From Gracilinanus agilis (taxonomy: Eukaryota): DNA of 64,000 nucleotides. The notes below the pieces were generated by a model that worked only from the letters and a program-made list of their open reading frames with translations, was not told the origin of the DNA and did not search any database. A program made the translations under genes and the position numbers. Below, in pieces: positions 62,015 to 64,000 of this stretch. Location: positions 180,846,964 to 180,910,963 of the forward strand of contig NC_058131.1 of the NCBI RefSeq assembly GCF_016433145.1, written 5' to 3'. Each line of letters opens with the position of its first letter. The stretch's first letter is position 1.

Positions 62015-62231
62015 CTTTATTTATTTAATTATTTTTTTAAGCCCTTGCCTTCCGTCTTGGAGTCAATACTATGTATTGGCTCCAAGGCAGAAGAGTGGTA
62101 AGCATAGGCAATGGGGGTCAAGTGACTTGCCCAGGGTCACACAGCTGGGAAGTGTGTGAGGCCAGATTTGAACCTAGGCCCTCTCATCTCTAGGCCTGGC
62201 TTTCAATCCACTGAGCTACCCAGCTGCCCCC
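62015..62231 (-). mobile_element. SINE1_Mdo-type SINE in CDS2 intron 4
   Basis: TSD agatgccagat (62004-62014 / 62232-62242). Confidence 0.92.
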
Positions 62232-63073
62232 AGATGCCAGATTTTTAAAGGCATTGAATGGTAGTCAGGAATTTAAATACTGCTCAGCTGGAGGGAATGC
62301 ATACTAAAGAATTTTGGGCAGAGTAAGAGGATTATATATATATATATATGTATGTATATACATACATATATATACACGCATTTGTTTATTAAAACTCTTA
62401 CCATCCATCTTAGAGTCAATTATTTTTAATGGCTCCAAGGCAGAAGAACAGCAAGGGCTGGGCAATTGGGGTTAAGTGACTTTTCCAGGGTCACTTTTTC
62501 AGTGTCTGAAGCCATATTTGAACCCAGGACTTCCCATCTCTAGGCTTGGCTCTCTATTCACTGAGCCACCTAACTGCCCCCTAGATATATTCTTGAGGAA
62601 GATTAGTCAGATAGTAGCATGAAGAAGGATGGATTAGAGGAAAGAATAGGGACATGAAGACTTGTAAGGAGGTTTATTGCAATTGTCTAGAATAGATGAA
62701 TGGTAATGAGGGCCCATACCACAGTGAAAGTAGTAAAAGCAGAGAAAAGGAAATACAGGGATTTGGGAAGAATTGACAGGATTTTTAGTAACTAGTGGAT
62801 AAGAAGGATGAAGGAAGAGACAAAGATAGCCCAGTGGTTCTGAATATGTTAAGCAGATGAATGGTGTTGTCACAAATTAGGATAGGAAGAGAAGTTTTTG
62901 GAGGAAAAGTGATTAAAATTTGGGACCTGTTTGAAGTGTCAGTGTAGATGTCTTGAAGGCAAATGGAGCTGTAGTTCTGGGAGGCCAGGCAGCATTGTCC
63001 GATTACTTCAGTGCAAGGAACGTGCTGTGGGATCCTTCTTTTTCCCTGGAAAACATCCTTTCTTTGTTTGCAG

Positions 63074-63213
63074 GTACTTTCTACTGTGCGTGAATTATTT
63101 TTTCTATGGTGAAACAGTGACTGATTATTTCTTCACTCTGGTCCAGAGAGAGGAGCCTTTGAGGATTCTCAGTAAATATCATCGCTTCATTTCCTTTGCT
63201 CTTTACCTAACAG
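63074..63213 (+). CDS. CDS2: CDS2 coding exon 5 ((W)YFLLCVNYFFYGETVTDYFFTLVQREEPLRILSKYHRFISFALYLT+G), 140 nt; gene continues beyond the window
   Basis: Acceptor ttctttgtttgcag|G and donor CAG|GTAATT. Corresponds to the tail of supplied ORF 62931..63221. Matches the CDS2 cytidylyltransferase region. Confidence 0.97.
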
Positions 63214-64000
63214 GTAATTAAGTATTACTCACTTCACTAGTCATTGTATTTGTGTCATTTGTAGAACCTGCTGAGTGTAAATAAGGCATTCCACAGAGGT
63301 AGCATGATTTGGTGAAAAGAGTTTGGTGCTAGGATTCAGGAAAACTAGGTTTCTATTTGACTTTTGAACTCAGCTGTATGAACACAGTTCATAGTCCTGC
63401 AACCTCCCTGCATCTCAGTTTCCTTATCTCTAAAATACAATTCTATTTATACTGCTTTTCTAAAGGAGTCATTGTGAGGAAGTGCTTTGTAAACCTTATT
63501 AGTACTCTACAAATGAGTTGTCATTTTTAATTTATGAACAGGAATTAATTATTTTATATAATATTAATTTTTTGAAAGTTTGGACCTCAGTTTCTTCATG
63601 CATAAAATAAAGGAGTTGGACTCAAAACTTCCTTGAAATGCTAGAGGCACATATGTATAAGTATGCAATATGTGAAAATATATATATACACACATATATA
63701 CATTTCTTCATGTATAAAGACACATATACATACATGTGTGTATGTACATAGAGGATCAAACTTGACCATGGAGTTCTACCTCAGCTGTTTGTTCAGAAGA
63801 GAAGATAAAGTCAGTTTCTATAACAATAGAACTAGTAATGCAGTCTTATGTTGTAGCATAAACAAGATCTTTCTAATGGGAAAGCTGTTGAAAAGAGCAG
63901 TGACTGAGCCTGGTAGAAACATTAGTGGTAATGCTATTTTTTGTTTCTCTTGGTCTTTGTAACTAAGCCCTGAAATGTTGCCAGGAATTTAGCCAAATTG

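Noticed and set aside
1-64000. CRISPR arrays, rRNA genes or prokaryote-type systems
   Set aside because: Mammalian genomic DNA. No regularly spaced repeat-spacer array or rRNA-like sequence was seen.

Overview
Marsupial genomic DNA. The abundant young tRNA-derived SINEs match the SINE1_Mdo type of the grey short-tailed opossum, Monodelphis domestica; the species call is inferred from repeats. The window holds the CpG-island promoter and first five coding exons of CDS2 (CDP-diacylglycerol synthase 2) on the + strand: 7481-7543, 55859-55992, 58678-58774, 60359-60456 and 63074-63213. All introns are GT-AG and the phases join into one open frame of 177 codons. Intron 1 is 48.3 kb. The rest is mainly repeat-derived (SINE1_Mdo, MAR1/MIR, L1, L2, CR1/L3, RTE, solo LTRs, hAT and mariner MITEs, microsatellites), with a 400-N gap in intron 2. 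Nearly all ORFs in the supplied track are repeat-derived or spurious. Best leads, all needing data: (1) an antisense intronic retroposon in which a spliced YBX3-like cold-shock-domain fragment is fused to an L2 3' tail (~19405-20090); (2) a second CpG lobe upstream of exon 1 with a strong-Kozak ATG and a phase-0 donor that could give CDS2 an alternative N-terminus, where the donor is a palindrome usable on both strands and the human orthologous locus is head-to-head with PCNA; (3) a near-perfect CTCF core motif inside a hAT MITE 1 kb upstream of the island; (4) a ~70-bp mariner MITE hit by three retroposon insertions; (5) decoy acceptors at exon 2 and candidate poison or recursive splice sites in intron 1.
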